From the NCBI RefSeq assembly GCF_009914755.1, contig NC_060928.1: DNA of 64,000 nucleotides; one strand, given 5' to 3'. Shown in pieces: positions 59,360 to 64,000 of the stretch. The notes under the pieces are model-generated. The model was not told the DNA's origin. It did not search any database and saw only the letters and a program-made list of their open reading frames with translations. Each line of letters opens with the position of its first letter. The stretch's first letter is position 1. The position numbers and the translations under genes are program-made. Source of the DNA: the human T2T-CHM13v2.0 reference genome, Homo sapiens.

Positions 59360-62300
59360 TACAGATCAGACATGATAGCATAGATATAATGCTCAATTCT
59401 CCTCTCCACTAAGTAACATTATAAATACTGCAAATAAAGAAAGAGGCAAACAAAGTTGAATCCGAAAAGTACTAGGAATAAAGTAAACTGGGTTGACACT
59501 CCATGAACGGAAGAAGAATGTAGCACCACACAATCTTATATCTTCCCACTAAGTAGAAGTAGGGGATCTTGACCGGATCTTTCCCAACCACCAACCTATC
59601 AACAGAAAGCAGTTCAAGTAAGCTTATTTCTCTCCTACCCATAAACAGTGCTGTAGCAAGGAGTGCCTGAGAGAGTTCTTCCACATAGTAAGTGCCTGAC
59701 ACAGGAAGTGTTCTTCATCACCCAAAGGCAGGGAAAGGATCCTACAACAAACAGCCTGGTTCTGGAAATCTCTTTGCCTCTACAAGCCAAATAAACCCCT
59801 CCTACAGCAAAGACTAGAATGTAGAAGTACCAGTAGTAGGTGATTCTGCAACAATAAGCACCCATGAGGAAATGTTCTTGGTTCTCTATAGGCAAAGGTG
59901 ATTCTACCACAACAAACACTAAGCTAGAGAATCCTCTTTATCCCCATAGGCCTGCAACTCCCCTCTCCTACTGAAAGACACTCAGTAACCTGGCCTAGAA
60001 AAACACTTCTGCTTCTTCAGGCAGCACTGGTAGAGACCAGTGGCAATATTAGTGTCAAGAGGTAAGTCAAAGAGACAAAAAGAATACCATAAAAATATCT
60101 AAAAATTAAACTATTTAGAACCACATCCCACCAAGTAGGCTAGGACTTTAATTCTAAACAAACAGGATGGATGTCTGTTAAAATAAGAGATTTAATTAGG
60201 ACCCAGAGTCTTTTAACATAATATGCAAATTGTCTGTAATGTAATTGAAAATCATCCATCATACCAAGAACCATGAAAATCACAACTTGAATAAGAAAAA
60301 ACAGTAGACAAGAGGACAAAGAAGAAACAGATATTGAAATTACGTGACAGGTATTTTAAACTAACCATTACAGAAATGCATCAATTAATCACACACCCAC
60401 TTAAAACAAATGAAAAAAACTGAAAATGTCAGCAATGTGATGGAAATAGTAGGACTGAAAAATGCAATAAAAGAAATAAGTTTAATAAGAAACAACTCTC
60501 TGGATAGTAACAATAAAATGGAGATTGAATAGGATAGAATCAGTGAACTTGAGAACAAATCAATAGAATTCACCCAATCTGAATTATAGAGAAAACAGTA
60601 ACTAAAAAAGATAAAGAAAAAAAAGAATATAGCCTCAGTGGCCTGTGGGATAATAACAAAATTCCAACATTTATATTACATAGGTTTCATAATAAGAAAG
60701 AGAATTGATTTGAAAAAATATTCAAAGAATCACTGAAAATTTCTCAAATTTTTAACAAAAACAAACCTACAGAACCAAGAGTCTGAGCAAAATTCAAACC
60801 TGATAAAGATTCATCCCAACAAACAAATTAATCTTAAAAAATTTAAAAACAAAGAAAAAAATTTTGTAGACAGCCAGAGAGAAATAATACTTCATCTGTG
60901 GGGGAAAACCAATCCTGGTGATAGCACATTTCTCATTTTAAACCATGAAAGCCAGAAGAAAGTGGCAAAATGTCTTTTAGGAGCTCAAACAAAGATCCTG
61001 TCAACTATAAATCCTATATCTGGCTAAACTATCATTTTCGAAAGAACAGGAAAGAAAGACATTTTCAGGCAAAGACAAGTGTTCAATATTTGAAGCAAAA
61101 CTGATAGAGCTAAAAAGGAAATAGACGAATCCATAATTAGAGTTGGAGACTACATTAGTCACCCTAAGCAACTGACAGAACTACTAGACAGAAAATCATT
61201 CACTGCATAGATGTTCCGAAGAACATAATCAATCACCAGGATCTAACTGATATGAATAAAACACTTCACACAACAAAAGAAAAATACACATTTTTAGGTG
61301 CCTATGGAATATTCACCAAAATAGGGTATATCCTGAGTCATACAAGTGTCAGCAAAAGTAAAATTACTAATGTTATACAGAATCTATTCTCTGACCATAT
61401 GGAATGCAACTAAACATCAGTAACAGAAAAATAACAGAAAAATTTATTTAAATGTGTAAATTAAAAAAGCGATTTCTAAAAACAGATGTGTCTAAGAGTA
61501 ATTCTTAAAATATATTAAAAATGCACATAGAACTTAATAAAAATGAACATATAGCAAATTAAAATATATGGGATACAGCTAAAGCAGTGCCAAGAGAGAA
61601 ATTTATAGCATTAAGTGTTTACATTATAAACACATAAAGTCTTAGACTCTAAAAATCTAAGTTCCTACATCAGGAAATTAGTAAAAGAACAGTAAAATAA
61701 ACTCAAAGCAACCATAAGGAAGTAGATAATAAGATACAAGCAGAAATCAATGAAATTGAAAATAGAAAAATAGTAGAGAAATTCAATGAAACAAAAAGTT
61801 ATTTTTTTTTTAAAATCAATGACATTCTAGCAAGACTGACCAAAAATTTAAGGAAAAAAGAGAGAGAAGATACAATCACCAGTACCAGGAATAAAATGCA
61901 CTTGGACATTCATCTCAGATAAATTAACCCTTATTTTCACATTAAAAATCTATTCAGAGCAGCTTTCCTCATAATAGCTCCAAACTCAGAACAGTTCAGC
62001 TATTCTTCAATGGTGAATGGCTAAACAAAATTTGGTAAATACTGTATATACCATAGAATAGTATTCAGCAATGAAATATTGAAATACAGCAACTTTCATG
62101 AATAAAAAAATTATACTGAGTAAAAAGAGCCAATTTCAATGATTCCAGTCATATAACATTTTGAAAATGATAGTTTTAGAAGGGAACTGATTAGTGGTGC
62201 TAAGGAGTTAGGAAGGGGGTAAGTTTGGAAAGAGAGAGAGAGAGTATTATAAAAGGACAACAGGAGGAATCCTTAATCCTTATGGTGCTGGAACTCTTCA

Positions 62301-62620
62301 GTATCATGATTGTGGTGCCGCATGCATGAACCTACACATATAATAAGGTTGTATAGATTTGAATATCTACACACACACACACACATACACACGCACACCA
62401 CAACTCTCTCTCTCTCTCTCACACACACACGTGTAAAAGTAAAAAAAAGGAAACCTGGATAAGATAAATGGATGATATGAAAGTCAATATCCCAGATTTG
62501 ATATTGTACTATAGTTTTGTAAACTTTTATCATTGGGGAAAGATGAGCAGATTATACACAGGACCTCTTTGTATTATTTATTAAAATTTCATGTGCATCT
62601 ACACAATACAAATGTCAATT
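59360..62620 (+). mobile_element. Second old L1 (L1MC/MD-like): 5' UTR, ORF1, part of ORF2, 3' UTR, nested in the previous L1
   Basis: ORF1 wording (gaatcagtgaacttgagaacaaatcaatagaa), EN wording 61090-61890, 3' UTR tggatgatatgaaagtcaatatcc...ttgtactatagtttt. Confidence 0.75.
62369..62430. repeat. (CA)n-(CT)n-(CA)n compound microsatellite
   Basis: Direct reading. Confidence 0.95.
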
Positions 62621-63279
62621 AAACCTCAATCATATTGAAAACAGAAAACCAATAGAAAAAAATCAATAAAACCAAAAGCAGTTTTTGTGAAGACCTATAA
62701 GTTTAATAAATCTATAGCCACATTTATCTTGAAAAAGAGTAAGAAGTACATCACCAATATCAAGGATAAATGACTTTACTACATATTCTGAAAATATCAA
62801 AAGAATATTAAGGTAATAATAGTACACACAGAAAGATGTCAGCGGTCAAAGAGGAAATCACTAAAAAAAGTTGTTTTTTTTTTAATATTGGTGTAGCTGA
62901 CAGAAGAAATGCCTGACAATAGATACATAGTATCAGTTATGTTTTATCCTTGTGTTAACAAAAATAGTTGTCATGTTTGAACTCATAGTTAGAAAGACCA
63001 ATATGTAAACAAACAATACACACATCTATTAATGATATTGAGGTTTGAAACAAAATTATTTCTTGAGTCATCAGAAAAAAAGTGAAAATGATTCTTAACA
63101 GCAATGTGACATGAATCTCAACAATGCATTTTATTTAGCTTTTTCTTTTCATATTCCACAACGTGTAGCAGTTCAGATATGATTGATACCAAATGATATC
63201 TCAGAATATTTTAAGTTGCGGGAAAATCAACTTGAATTTGGGAGAAGAAAAAAGATTTGGGGTTCAGCATAAAGTGAAT

Positions 63280-63540
63280 AGATTAGAGGAGGAGACTGAA
63301 AGTGGCCTATTAGGATAATTTTGCAAAACAGGTTGGGTAATTAAGTGTCGAAGTAGAGCTTTAATGGGTGGGCTTAACTCAAATGTATTTTGGAGGTAAT
63401 TTCTAAAAGATTTAGTGATGGACAAGATATGGGGATTTTAACTGGAAGAAAGTAGGAAGGATGATGCCTGCTGCTTATTGTCTATATAACTGGATGCATG
63501 GGCAGTACCATTCATTGAAAAAGAGATGAAGAATGTTTTT
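63280..63540 (-). mobile_element. L2 fragment
   Basis: actggatgcatgggcagtaccattcattgaaa. Confidence 0.55.
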
Positions 63541-64000
63541 AGTTAAATAAAAGTGATATCACATTATTAATACAAACTTTAAAAAAGAAGTACCAGAAAC
63601 ATAACTTTGCTTTACTTTAGTGGATAATTTTTTACCTGATCCCAAATAAAATGAACCTTTATAAAACATCAATAGGCATTGGTATTTGTCAATTATAAAA
63701 ACTGATATTATTGAAAAAGTAATAAAACATTTTTGACATTGTTGGGCTTGGAAAAATGGCACAAAATAATGGTCCTAAAAGGAAACTTAAAAATGGCTGA
63801 GAGCATAATTGATAAATAACTAAATAGAAATATTAGTGCTCAAAATTTTTTAAAATCTGAAAATAAAACCATTGTTCTCAGAAAAACTAAAAAAGCAAAG
63901 TAAAATGATCTATATTTCAAGGAAAATAAATTAAGAGTTTAAAAATGTTCAATAGAGTTTACTGCAAAAATATTTCTGAAAGAAAACTCATCAATGTTAA

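Noticed and set aside
63555-64000. AT-rich tail, possibly a DNA-transposon remnant
   Set aside because: No terminal repeat or family match that I can support.

Overview
AT-rich, repeat-dense primate genomic DNA, most likely human or great ape (AluY and an L1PA2-like LINE-1 are present). Most of the window is layered transposon remnants: L1 of many ages, L2, MIR, 11 Alu copies, MaLR/ERVL/ERV1 LTRs and hAT/TcMar DNA transposons. I see no host protein-coding exon, RNA gene or CpG island. The only long ORF (25591-27549) is the RT-containing part of ORF2 of a 5'-truncated, stop-interrupted L1, and the other ORFs are repeat-derived or chance. I find no support for a novel biological system. The interesting signals are structural: an extreme twin-primed inverted L1, a long AT-rich near-palindrome, internally deleted L1s, multi-level nesting, a possible micro 3' transduction, and local duplications or inversions. 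Subfamily names are from memory of consensus sequences and need RepeatMasker/Dfam confirmation; boundaries of old elements are approximate.
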